Shown here: piece after piece, positions 19,199-28,449 of the stretch
Layout: each line of letters starts with the position of its first letter
Numbering within the stretch: the stretch's first letter is position 1
NCBI GenBank assembly: GCA_963707955.1
Contig: OY970176.1
Location: forward strand, 544,001 to 608,000
Length of the DNA: 64,000 nt
Reading direction: 5' to 3'
Source of the DNA: Candidatus Bathyarchaeota archaeon
Lineage (GTDB): Archaea; Thermoproteota; Bathyarchaeia; Bathyarchaeales; Bathycorpusculaceae
The notes under the pieces: model-generated
Database searches by the model: none
What the model was told of the DNA's origin: nothing
The model's input: only the letters and a program-made list of their open reading frames with translations
Position numbers and translations under genes: made by a program

Positions 19199-20404
19199 GT
19201 GATCAAAGACCTTTCAGCCTTTTACTCCAAGAATGCTCTCAACATGAAACGTTCCGAGATCCGCGAACTTTTGAAAGTGACCCGGCGACCCGACATGATC
19301 TCCTTCGCTGGCGGACTTCCCTCTCCAGACACTTTTCCCGTCAAAGACCTCGAAGACATAGCTTGCCATATACTGAGAGAAAAAGGAGCCACGGCCCTTC
19401 AGTATGGACCCACCGAGGGAGAATTGGCTCTGCGTGAAGAAATTGCCAAATGGATTTCACGCGAAAAACCCGGCATCAAACCCGAAAACATCCTTGTCAC
19501 ATCAGGGTCGCAACAGGGTTTAGACATCATCTCCAAAGTCTTCCTGGACCCGAAGGACACGGTAATAGTCGAGTTGCCAACGTACATCGGCGGTCTACAA
19601 GCCTTCACAGCATACAGGGCCAAGATGGTCGGTGTCCTCCAAGACGATCAAGGAATGCGGATGGACCTCCTGGAAAAAACTTTGACCAGACTGGCAAAGA
19701 GGAACAAGAAACAGAAATTCATCTACGTCGTCCCAGACTTTCAGAATCCTTCCGGAGTCACGATGAGCTTGGAAAGACGCAGGAGACTCTTGGAATTGGC
19801 TTACGAGTACGAGCTTCCTGTCATTGAAGACAGCCCATACAGAGACCTCAGATTCACAGGCGAAAGCGTTCCAGCCATTTTCAGCCTGGACAAAGAGAGT
19901 CAAGTCATAGTCGTAGGAACCTTCTCCAAGCTGCTCTGTCCAGGACTAAGGTTGGCTTGGATAATGGCCCCCGCCGAGTGGATGGACAGGATGGTCGTCG
20001 CCAAACAGAGCATGGACCTCTGCTCGCCCACGTTTACTCAGCTCATAGCGGCCGAGTACATGAAACGCGGGTTGCTGCCGAAGCAGGTTGAGAGTATCCG
20101 CAGACTGTATGCAAGAAAGCGTCAAGTGATGCTGGAAGCCCTGCAGAAATACATGCCAAAGGGTGTGGCATGGACCAAGCCGGAAGGCGGACTGTTTCTA
20201 TGGGTCAAACTTCCGAAGAGAATGAGCACTGACGACCTCTTTCCAAAGGCAATCGAAAATGGAGTGGTCTACGTAAAAGGCTCAGCCTTTCATTGCAACG
20301 GCAAAGGCCAAAACACCATGAGAATAAACTTCTCATACCCATCAGAACAGCAGATAGAAGAAGGCATCAAACGCCTGGCCAAAATGATCAAAGAGAACAA
20401 TTGA
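19199..20404 (+). CDS. PLP-dependent aminotransferase (2-aminoadipate/aromatic type)
   Basis: ISFAGGLP, FQNPSG, IEDSPY and GTFSKLLCPGLRL motifs. Confidence 0.92.
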   Translation: MIKDLSAFYSKNALNMKRSEIRELLKVTRRPDMISFAGGLPSPDTFPVKDLEDIACHILREKGATALQYGPTEGELALREEIAKWISREKPGIKPENILVTSGSQQGLDIISKVFLDPKDTVIVELPTYIGGLQAFTAYRAKMVGVLQDDQGMRMDLLEKTLTRLAKRNKKQKFIYVVPDFQNPSGVTMSLERRRRLLELAYEYELPVIEDSPYRDLRFTGESVPAIFSLDKESQVIVVGTFSKLLCPGLRLAWIMAPAEWMDRMVVAKQSMDLCSPTFTQLIAAEYMKRGLLPKQVESIRRLYARKRQVMLEALQKYMPKGVAWTKPEGGLFLWVKLPKRMSTDDLFPKAIENGVVYVKGSAFHCNGKGQNTMRINFSYPSEQQIEEGIKRLAKMIKENN

Positions 20405-20578
20405 GAAAAAAGAGGCAGAAATAGAGAACGCCCGCTTTCAAAATCTTGTCCAAACTCTAACCCAAATCTTCTTCAACCGCGCCGCCTTGTCCCTTTATCA
20501 TGCGTGCGCACTTGAACAGCCCGCACAGCTCCGCATCCAACCTCAAAATCTTCAATGTTTTCAACGATGCTTGTCGAC

Positions 20579-20617
20579 TGTATATGCAAAATGTATATGC
20601 TTTTTGTATATGCTTTT
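20579..20617. repeat. Three 13-bp tandem units with core TGTATATGC
   Basis: TGTATATGCAAAA TGTATATGCTTTT TGTATATGCTTTT. Confidence 0.8.
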
Positions 20618-20717
20618 ACACACGCGCTATCAGCGAATTTAGGGACAAGCCAGCGCGCTCTCCGCAAGCTGCATACTCACCGCCTCCGCCGCAGTACCCG
20701 CCACCCGGCTAAAACAG

Positions 20718-20957
20718 TCACGCAGAAGGCAAGACCTTCCCCTTTCTTTCCGCAGCTAACGACATCTGAGGCGCCAAGACCTCCACCTTCGAAGGAGGGA
20801 TAAGCAGTTTGCGGCCGCAATTCGGACACTTCCCTCCAATCTTGAGGACGACGCTCTGAAGGTACGTCTGACGCCTGTACGTTCCATCCTGCAAAACAGG
20901 CTTTAAGTCCTCGTACAACAATGACCCGCATCGGCCGCAGTAGAAGATGAATGGCAC
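20718..20957 (-). CDS. Small zinc-ribbon protein
   Basis: CGRCG...CPNCG. Confidence 0.75.
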   Translation of the reverse strand: MPFIFYCGRCGSLLYEDLKPVLQDGTYRRQTYLQSVVLKIGGKCPNCGRKLLIPPSKVEVLAPQMSLAAERKGKVLPSA

Positions 20958-21090
20958 CCGACGTCCTCCGTCAAGCTAAACGACTGACACTGAGCATATG
21001 GTATACCCGGTATACTTAATAAACTGTATCCACATATAATACCAAAAACAAAATATACACCAACAAACCAGAAGCAACGCGGGAAACAAG

Positions 21091-21525
21091 ATGAAGACCC
21101 TCAAGATCTCAGAGGACATCCACCAGAAGCTGACCGCACTGATGGGCGAATTGATGACTCAGACAAGCAAGATGCAGACGTACCAAGACGCAATAAACGC
21201 GCTGATAAACCAGTCAGTCATCCTTCCCGAAGAGCTGCTCACGCAGACACAGAGCTTCATAGAAGAGAACAGGCACCTAGGTTACACGACGAAGGAAGAG
21301 TTCATACGCGACGCCATAAGATTCCGATTAACATGGCTAAAACAAGAATACGAATACATAGAAATGCCCAAAGAACAGTACGACATGCTTGAAGAAGCAC
21401 TGCGGCAGATGAACATGCCGTACCGAAGCGTTGAAGACTTCATAACCAATCAGACAAAGGAAGTCCTGCAGAAACATGATGAATGGAAAAAGGCAAGCGC
21501 TCATAGGCGACTGAGAAAAGAGTAG
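21091..21525 (+). CDS. Tandem ribbon-helix-helix DNA-binding protein
   Basis: MKTLKISEDIH, GYTTKEEFIRDAIR and PYRSVEDFI repeats. Confidence 0.7.
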   Translation: MKTLKISEDIHQKLTALMGELMTQTSKMQTYQDAINALINQSVILPEELLTQTQSFIEENRHLGYTTKEEFIRDAIRFRLTWLKQEYEYIEMPKEQYDMLEEALRQMNMPYRSVEDFITNQTKEVLQKHDEWKKASAHRRLRKE

Positions 21526-21559
21526 AAAGAAGTAGAAAGCCTTCACTTCAGCTTGCTGC

Positions 21560-21890
21560 ACAGTTTTGGTCTCAAGTTCTCTGACACTCGTCTCGATAAC
21601 GCCCTAATTCTTTTCCGATTGAACCTACATTCTCCTCTTGCTTCCACAGCTAGTGTTTAATAATCGAAGAGAACCTTGGCTATGTCAAACGGCTTCAACA
21701 AATACGCGTGTGCATTCTTGTTAACAGTCTTGATCGCGTTCTGAACTGTTGAGTAACCAGTGATGATTATCTTCCGCGTTCTTGGCACGCTATCCTTGAT
21801 CTTTGTGAGAAGTCTCCGTCCCCTCCGTATCCGCGCAGGCGGGATAGAATAGACAGAGCTAAGTTATAGAGGATTCTTTCAAAAATGTTA
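21560..21890 (-). pseudogene. Degraded response-regulator receiver gene
   Basis: Minus strand reads TKIKDSVPRTRKIIITGYSTVQNAIKTVNKNAHAYLLKPFDIAKVL and later IETSVRELE, with frameshifts and stops. Confidence 0.7.
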
Positions 21891-22208
21891 TCTGCAAGAA
21901 CAGTGAAAGAACATTCTGGAGAAGGAGAAAGCCGAGACAAGCGGTTGTAAAGGACGAAACTGGAAGATGGAGAGATTGAAGGACTCATGATGTTGATTAT
22001 CTCTATGCCTATAGTTTTGGGCATTGTGGCAGTAGCGGGTGCAATGATCGGTGGAGCATTCATTCTCATTTTGGATGCCGAACTGATTCGACGAAGAAGA
22101 AAAAAGAAAGAAGAATCGCAAGCAATGCTCTCTCGACCGTCAAGTGCTCGAGAAAAGCGATAGCGACTCCGCTGAAGACGCTGGAAGCCTTGCCGTCACT
22201 GCCGAAAG

Positions 22209-22983
22209 CTAGACCAGTTCTTTCGGAACACGGTTCGGCATGTGAGATCGATAGTAGCTAAGGCCATTTCTACGCACTTTTGTTTGAACGCTCGGGTACA
22301 GGATGAGCTCCTCAGTTTCGAGCTCCTCGGCTAGTTTCGGATCGATCGCACGTATCCTTTCAACGAGTCTTTGCAGACTGTTTTCCTGAGAAAACGAAAC
22401 CATCACGGCTGGATGACACCGCACGTTCTCCTCAACTAAGTTTTGCAGAGCCTTCAGTTGCATGAGAAAGCCTTCCTGCTTTGCCCCAGTCAGACTGGAA
22501 AATTCTTCCTCACTGCACCCCTTGAGAGAGACGCGGACGTGAACAAACGGGAATTCTGAAAGTTCATGAGCGTAACTCTTGTCTTCTCCTATCAGTATGC
22601 CGTTGGTTTCAAGGATGAAGAGTAGGTTCTGCTTCTTCAAGCCTTCCAAGACGTGAAGAAGGTGGTCTCTGCCGATCGTGGGTTCCCCTCCGCTCAAACG
22701 AATTTGTCGGGTCGCCTTTTTTCCAGCCATTCTAACGAGGGTGTTCGCAACGGTTTCAGGGCCATAGAACTTCCCAGACCTCAGCTGGTTTCATCATGAT
22801 CTGGTCTGAAACCCAGCAAAACTTGCAGAGGAGGCCACACCCCACTGCGTCGGCCGTGACTATTCCGCCGTACCAGCGATCAATGCGGAACCGCCAATAC
22901 TTTCTTTCTTGCGCCTTACCAGTGCCCCGGGTGACAAGTTTCTCTACGGCTCTATGCCTGACGGTCGGGTCATAAAGGCTCAT
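22209..22983 (-). CDS. Radical SAM protein (one frameshift near 22778)
   Basis: GCGLLCKFCW in one frame and RLSGGEPT...LETNG in the next. Confidence 0.85.
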
Positions 22984-22991
22984 TGCCTGAC

Positions 22992-23402
22992 TCACTCGGA
23001 GACCACGGGCAACGGGTACAGTTCGCTCAATCTGACTTTCTTGAGTTTTCGGTCGACCTGAACAATCACGTTTGGGTCGCCGAATTCGCTTATGAACTGT
23101 CTGCACTTTCCACACGGCGGCAGGACACGCCCACCGTTCTTGTATGCAAACGCGACAATGGTCTCGATTTCTTCTTCTCCCTCAGAAACCATCGTTCCGA
23201 TCGCTGCGTACTCTGCGCAGATTGAACATGGAGCAGAACACTCTATCTCGACGTTGACACCGGAGAATATCCTGTTGTTCTTGGTCCGCAAGGCAGCTGC
23301 AACGGATGATCTTTTCGACTTTCGCTTTCCAATCAAGTCCTTTGCTTTCTCGACAAGTTCAAGATCCGGCTTCGTAAGATCTGCGAATTGCATGGGCATC
23401 AA
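22992..23402 (-). CDS. cdd: Cytidine deaminase
   Basis: CAE and PCGKC zinc motifs. Confidence 0.9.
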   Translation of the reverse strand: MMPMQFADLTKPDLELVEKAKDLIGKRKSKRSSVAAALRTKNNRIFSGVNVEIECSAPCSICAEYAAIGTMVSEGEEEIETIVAFAYKNGGRVLPPCGKCRQFISEFGDPNVIVQVDRKLKKVRLSELYPLPVVSE

Positions 23403-23779
23403 AAACAGAATACTTCTTAATGAACTTTCGTTTAAAATAGAATACCGGGCGATTAGGCCTCGCCGATTTCTGGATTCGCGCTTTTCATGGATGGGGAGCG
23501 CTACATCCCTGTATTCGCGTTTTTCCCCTTCTATTCCACCCGCCTCCCCCCTAGGGTACTAGTACTGCACGTAGCCATTGCGAAAGGCCCTACTGGATTT
23601 GTGTGGGCTTTAAGCTGAGCTTGTGTAGAAGGCTTGAAAGAGGGCTGGGCGAAGGTAGTAACTTTTCTATGCATTCAACCGTCACCGTTTTCTGGCTTCA
23701 TCTGCCCTGCTCCGAGCTTGCTAAAACGCCCGTCCTCCATGCTAGGGTGTCAGCCATACTTAGCCCGTCAAGCGTGTCT

Positions 23780-23953
23780 TCAGTCGAGTCTGTCGCCGCG
23801 GATTTGTTCAGTCATCAAGCCTAGGCTTTTTGCGTATTCCAAGAATGCGGTGCGCAGAGCCTCGCTTTCAGCCATTCCTAGGCTTATGCACATTCGGTCA
23901 AGAACCTTCTTCTGTGAAGGTGGCAGGTAGACCTTGACAACTTTTCTTGCCAA
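23780..23953 (-). CDS. 57-aa CopG/RHH-like regulator (not in the ORF track)
   Basis: MARKVVKVYLPPSQKKVLDRMCISLGMAESEALRTAFLEYAKSLGL...; GAGGTG upstream of a TTG start. Confidence 0.7.
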   Translation of the reverse strand: MARKVVKVYLPPSQKKVLDRMCISLGMAESEALRTAFLEYAKSLGLMTEQIRGDRLD

Positions 23954-24011
23954 AAAACATCACCTCTTTAGACATCTCACCGTCTTCGGTTCTGAACATA
24001 CGGAGGGTCCT

Positions 24012-24027
24012 AATTCATAAAAGAAAT
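24012..24027 (+). repeat. attL core of element II (AATTC-ATAAAA-GAAAT)
   Basis: 12-bp identity with 34478-34489; about 40 bp upstream of the integrase. Confidence 0.75.
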
Positions 24028-24066
24028 AGAGTAGATAATATACCATTTAGACTAATTCTTAAATAG

Positions 24067-25314
24067 ATGAATAGACTAGTACCTAGTAGGGAAAGAGCTA
24101 TGGTAGAAAGTAAGATGATCTTGGAATGGGCCAAAGCATCTTATAGGACCGAACAGAACCAGAAGGCAGCTATTAGAAAACTTAGAGACTTTCTAGCTTT
24201 CACTAAGATGGCCCCCGAAGAGCTTGTTAAGGAACAAAGAGCTAAGATAGATGAGAGAGCTGCACAGAGAAGGATCTTAGCTTTCTATAAGAAGATCATA
24301 GATGCTGGAAAGACTCCCACCGTGGCCTTTGACTATACTAAGTTTCTAAGAAGCTTCTATAACTACTATGGCCTTGTGTTGTCCTTTAGGCCTAATGAGT
24401 TAGAGATGCCTCTGCCTAAGATCAAAGACTTTCCCTTTGAGCTACAGCACATTCAAGGTATGATCTATGCTGCCAATGTTAAAGGTAAAGCGCTCATACT
24501 AACTCTTGAAAGCAGTGGTCTTAGGATAGGCGATATAGTCAAGCTACTCAGAAAAGACATTGAGCCTTTGCTAGAGAAAGAGCCCCCTGTAGAGCTTGAA
24601 GTGATTACAGAAAAGGAAAGAGTAAGGGCTAATTCTTTTCTCCATTCAGTAGCAATCAAGGCCTTAAAGGATTATCTAGCTTCTAGGACAGATGACTTTC
24701 CTTGGCTATTTACTACCGATTTAGGTAGTAATCTCTCTACGCCTGAAGCAGACCGAATGGTTAAGACAGCCTTTAAGAATGCTGGGTTTGACAGTGGAAA
24801 TCTTAGAGTCCGAACACACTGCATTAGAAAGTTTACTATAGGGCAGTTTCAGGACAGTGGCATAGAGGAAAACCTTTGGAAAGCTATTGTCGGTAAGAAA
24901 ACACCACAGGCTGCCTATAACTCTAACAAACTGAGAGAAGCATACATTTCAGCTCTGCCTAAGCTAAATCCAGAGGCACTTGTCAATAACCATGTGAAGA
25001 TGGATGATCTAGCTAACAAGGTCCAGACTCTTGAAAAGGAGAACCTAGAGCTTAGGCAGAAACTTACTGAGCTAGAGCAGAAGAAGGGTTTTGAGGTGTT
25101 AATGGAGATGTACCAAGACAGACAGAAAGAGATCAATAAAGATGCCTTCAATAAGGCTGCTCCAGCCAAGGCCAGTCTGAATGGTAAGAAACCTGCTCCT
25201 ACAGAACCTATAACAATCAATGGATCAGAGATTCTAAGTCTAAAGGCTCTAGCTCAAAGTCTACAGCTCTTCTATGATAAGAAGAAGAAAGAAGGACAGT
25301 CTAAGAATGAATGA
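24067..25314 (+). CDS. int: Tyrosine recombinase/integrase
   Basis: SGLRIGD, TEKE, THCIRKF and VGKKTPQAAY motifs; C-terminal coiled coil. Confidence 0.9.
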   Translation: MNRLVPSRERAMVESKMILEWAKASYRTEQNQKAAIRKLRDFLAFTKMAPEELVKEQRAKIDERAAQRRILAFYKKIIDAGKTPTVAFDYTKFLRSFYNYYGLVLSFRPNELEMPLPKIKDFPFELQHIQGMIYAANVKGKALILTLESSGLRIGDIVKLLRKDIEPLLEKEPPVELEVITEKERVRANSFLHSVAIKALKDYLASRTDDFPWLFTTDLGSNLSTPEADRMVKTAFKNAGFDSGNLRVRTHCIRKFTIGQFQDSGIEENLWKAIVGKKTPQAAYNSNKLREAYISALPKLNPEALVNNHVKMDDLANKVQTLEKENLELRQKLTELEQKKGFEVLMEMYQDRQKEINKDAFNKAAPAKASLNGKKPAPTEPITINGSEILSLKALAQSLQLFYDKKKKEGQSKNE

Positions 25315-25423
25315 TCAAGTATTCTATGCAACCTTGGCTATTCTTACCTTCATATTCTTTCTAGGGCTAGTTATTGTAATCAAAGAGACATTCAAGCTGC
25401 CTAGAAGTAAAAAGCCCCATTAG
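25307..25423 (+). CDS. 38-aa single-TM peptide (not in the ORF track)
   Basis: MNDQVFYATLAILTFIFFLGLVIVIKETFKLPRSKKPH*, overlapping the int stop and followed by a T-tract. Confidence 0.55.
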   Translation: MNDQVFYATLAILTFIFFLGLVIVIKETFKLPRSKKPH

Positions 25424-25475
25424 TCTCTCTTTTTTATTCTCCAAGTTTACCACATTAAGATTCTAGATAAAAATA

Positions 25476-25630
25476 TAGTGACCATCTCAGTCAAAGGTTC
25501 AGAGACGGCCACTAGCTGTTATGATGGTAAGAGGACGTTCCGAAAAGGAAGCGCCCGGTCTCCCATCAGTGTGGCCGTAGGCAGTAAAGCCCAAGTGAAT
25601 GACAATCAGTTCACTTGAACCGCGACTGAC
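25476..25630 (-). ncRNA. Candidate multi-stem structured RNA
   Basis: Nested complementary pairs TCAGTC/GACTGA, GGTTCA/TGAACC, ACGGCCAC/GTGGCCGT, TGATGG/CCATCA, CAAGTGAA/TTCACTTG; mismatches become G-U on the minus strand. Confidence 0.55.
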
Positions 25631-25649
25631 CGCCCTTAGCCTATCACTT

Positions 25650-25751
25650 CTAAGATAGTGCTTTTACTATCTTCTGCAATATCTCAACTATACCCGTTCC
25701 TGCTGATGGGTTGCTGAGAAGAATAACTACATCATCTAATGTGGCTGCCAT
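25650..25751 (-). CDS. 33-aa amphipathic peptide (not in the ORF track)
   Basis: MAATLDDVVILLSNPSAGTGIVEILQKIVKALS* with a GGTGA ribosome-binding site. Confidence 0.5.
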   Translation of the reverse strand: MAATLDDVVILLSNPSAGTGIVEILQKIVKALS

Positions 25752-25937
25752 TTGTTAATCACCTGCCTTTATCCTTAATTGGTGCTCTAGTGTAGAGCTC
25801 AAATTTACCGTCTTGAAGGGTTATTCTCAGTACAAAGCATTTGCCGAAGAGGTTTAACCATATCCCGCCCTTAGCCATATGCCGGGCCCGAATATAGTCT
25901 TCCTTAGTGTGTTTTATGTATTGTATACTGGTACCCT

Positions 25938-26072
25938 CTATGCTTCATTAAGCTTCTTCAAGATAGCAGCTAACTCGTCACTCGTGAGAATCTTGGAGAG
26001 GATCGTCTTTAGATCCTTATTGTCCTTCTCTGATAAGAGTTGAACGTCTCCAATGACTCTGTACTTTCCCAT
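25938..26072 (-). CDS. 44-aa helical peptide (not in the ORF track)
   Basis: MGKYRVIGDVQLLSEKDNKDLKTILSKILTSDELAAILKKLNEA* with a GGGGTGA ribosome-binding site. Confidence 0.55.
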   Translation of the reverse strand: MGKYRVIGDVQLLSEKDNKDLKTILSKILTSDELAAILKKLNEA

Positions 26073-26083
26073 ATGCTCACCCC

Positions 26084-26854
26084 TTAGTCGGTTTTCTCTT
26101 CTCTTACAACTCTCTGTACTTCTTTGCCCGTTAACGGATCTCTAGCCCATTCTATGTGTTCTTCATACTCGACCGGCTTAGGCTTAGGCTCTGCAATCTT
26201 TGGCTTCTTCGGTTGCTTTGGTTCTTCTTTGTCTAAGATCACAATGTCAAGCTCAACATGGAGAGTGCTTGGTGGATCTAGAACACCACTATTGTCAAGA
26301 ACATCTTTAGTCAACTTAATGGGGCACTTTGTGGTCTTGTCATATACGACTTTCCAATCACCTAAGCCTCTAGAAGCATATGGACCCTCGCAAGCTACAT
26401 AGCTACTACCGTCTTGTTGGGGCAATAGATTGATCATAGCAGGCCCATCAACAAAGATCAATACCGGTTTAGCTATGACTCTAAGTTTACCCAAGTTTAT
26501 CGGTGTATTGTTGTATGCTTGAAGAGTAGCGTCGTATTCAACCTGTAGATCTTTAACCCTCTTGCTAAAAGTCATACTAGTGTTAGAGCTTTCAATGGAT
26601 GCTATCTGCTTGGAGAGTAGTATCAATTTATCTCTAAGTTTACGGTGTGTCTCGTCCTCAAGGCCTGAAGCTACTTGCTGTCTACGGACCATAGCATTAT
26701 GCTGTTCAATCAATAGCTGACTGCGTTTCTTCTCTTCTTGTTCTTCTCTAGTTTGTCTTTGTCTCTCTTCATTAGCTGCTTGGATATTCTTCTTGCGTTC
26801 TTCTATATCACGTTTAATTTGATCATCTAATTGGTCTGATCTATCTAAACTCAT
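26084..26854 (-). CDS. Hypothetical coiled-coil protein of element II
   Basis: 256-aa ORF coupled to its neighbours, with a long charged N-terminal helix. Confidence 0.7.
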   Translation of the reverse strand: MSLDRSDQLDDQIKRDIEERKKNIQAANEERQRQTREEQEEKKRSQLLIEQHNAMVRRQQVASGLEDETHRKLRDKLILLSKQIASIESSNTSMTFSKRVKDLQVEYDATLQAYNNTPINLGKLRVIAKPVLIFVDGPAMINLLPQQDGSSYVACEGPYASRGLGDWKVVYDKTTKCPIKLTKDVLDNSGVLDPPSTLHVELDIVILDKEEPKQPKKPKIAEPKPKPVEYEEHIEWARDPLTGKEVQRVVREEKTD

Positions 26855-27036
26855 TTTTCATTCACCCCCATTTTAGACTTAATATCATCCTTTTCATTGG
26901 TGTATACGCCCGTTCTTCTGATACGGACTTCGATGATGGCACATCTTGGATTTTGACAAACCCACCCGCCATCCTTTTTATGGACTAAGATTCCCCCACA
27001 GAGAGGGCATTTCAATGTCCATTCACTGTTTACCAT
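26851..27036 (-). CDS. Small zinc-ribbon protein
   Basis: CPLCGG...WVCQNPRC. Confidence 0.7.
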   Translation of the reverse strand: MVNSEWTLKCPLCGGILVHKKDGGWVCQNPRCAIIEVRIRRTGVYTNEKDDIKSKMGVNEK

Positions 27037-27039
27037 ATT

Positions 27040-28449
27040 CTATTTTCCCTTCTTTCCAAATAGAAGATCAAAACACCGCTCACAGTAGACTTTTCTACCC
27101 TTCAAGTCTTCCTTAACTGTGACTATTCTTCCGCAGCGTTCGCAGCATAAACGGTTATTGCGTGTAGTAGTATTCCCAGTGAGACTATTGAAAACTTTAC
27201 CACTATTCATGTTCGCTATGACTACGGCTCTAGGAGTTTCTTTTACTTCTGGAATGATGTCCCAACATAGTGCTAAGCCTAAGGCATCTACTAGGTTATC
27301 ATTTCTGGTTTTACCCTTATGATAGTGGGACAGTTCAAAATACAATTCCTTAAAGTTCTGTGGGGCTTTAAAATGACCAAGATTGATGGTATTCTTAACC
27401 TCACCCAGAATCTTATCCTTATAGATCTGGGCCTCTATGTAATTTGGTTTCAGTCCATGTTGTTCTAAGAGACCGTGAAATTCAACGGGTTGGTTATCCA
27501 TTCGGATGCTTGTGACTCTATACTGCTTCATAAGAGTTGCAATGGCTTGGGGATCAAACTCTCTCATGTTTAGGGCATAGAGAACTTTGAATCTCTCCTT
27601 TTGCCTTTCAACAATGATTATACCGGTCGCATTGGTCTTGCCATAGCCCGGATCTATTCCCGCTTGTATCTTACTAGTAGAAATACCAGAAGCTATAGGT
27701 TCAATATCTTTACTGAAAGATCTACTTAGTGCTTCATTATCTAGAAACTCTTTCTCTTCGCTTGTTGGTATTCTAGCTAAGATCTCCCGGGCATATGCCG
27801 CTTCACTCAGTCTCATCTTTGATCCTTTGTTAGATTCTTGCTGCCATGGACAGACCTCTGAGCTAAACTGCTTAAGAGTAAAACCGTATTTCTCTGGATC
27901 TGTTATTAGATCCACAAAGAAACCAGAGGGCTCAGACGGTGTGCTTAGTACGACTAGCTTACAGATAGAACCGCTTAGAACCGGGGTTAAAGCTTTCCAC
28001 ACTGTGTCTTTGATCAAGCATGCCTCATCAACGAAGAGAATATCAGCTCTGAATCCCCTTATAGACTTAGATGTGGCCATGCATGTGTCAACAATGGAAC
28101 CGTTCTCAAGTTGAAACCCGTTCTCGGGGATCTCTTTAAACATTCCACCCTGAACGATCTTAGCTTTAATATCCGGGTTATCTCGGACAAAGTTGTTTAA
28201 GTGGAAGTACATTCTCTTCTGCCCTGAGACTAGGAGAATCTCAAGCGGTCTTTTGAGCTCATTAGAATATACATCAGCGTACCAGAGACTAGCTAGAGCA
28301 CAAAGCATAGTCTTTGAAAACCCTCTACCTGCACAAAGTGCTAAGTTTTTTATATCGAAGTTGGCTAAAGCTTCTAGGACTTCAATTTGTTCTGGTATTG
28401 GCTCTAGCTTTGTGATTCTACGGAAATAGCTAACTATGTCTTCATGCAT
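27040..28449 (-). CDS. terL: Terminase large subunit (ATPase plus RNase H-like nuclease) with a C-terminal Zn finger
   Basis: EQ motif, Walker A AGRGFSKT, IRG...Walker B LFVDEA, LSTP, nuclease AGIDPG and DNLVDA. Confidence 0.82.
   Translation of the reverse strand: MHEDIVSYFRRITKLEPIPEQIEVLEALANFDIKNLALCAGRGFSKTMLCALASLWYADVYSNELKRPLEILLVSGQKRMYFHLNNFVRDNPDIKAKIVQGGMFKEIPENGFQLENGSIVDTCMATSKSIRGFRADILFVDEACLIKDTVWKALTPVLSGSICKLVVLSTPSEPSGFFVDLITDPEKYGFTLKQFSSEVCPWQQESNKGSKMRLSEAAYAREILARIPTSEEKEFLDNEALSRSFSKDIEPIASGISTSKIQAGIDPGYGKTNATGIIIVERQKERFKVLYALNMREFDPQAIATLMKQYRVTSIRMDNQPVEFHGLLEQHGLKPNYIEAQIYKDKILGEVKNTINLGHFKAPQNFKELYFELSHYHKGKTRNDNLVDALGLALCWDIIPEVKETPRAVVIANMNSGKVFNSLTGNTTTRNNRLCCERCGRIVTVKEDLKGRKVYCERCFDLLFGKKGK

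Noticed and set aside
23430-23780. GC-rich non-coding stretch next to element II, as a possible tRNA or RNase P/SRP target
   Set aside because: No conserved RNA motifs are recognisable, and the att core lies at 24012 instead.
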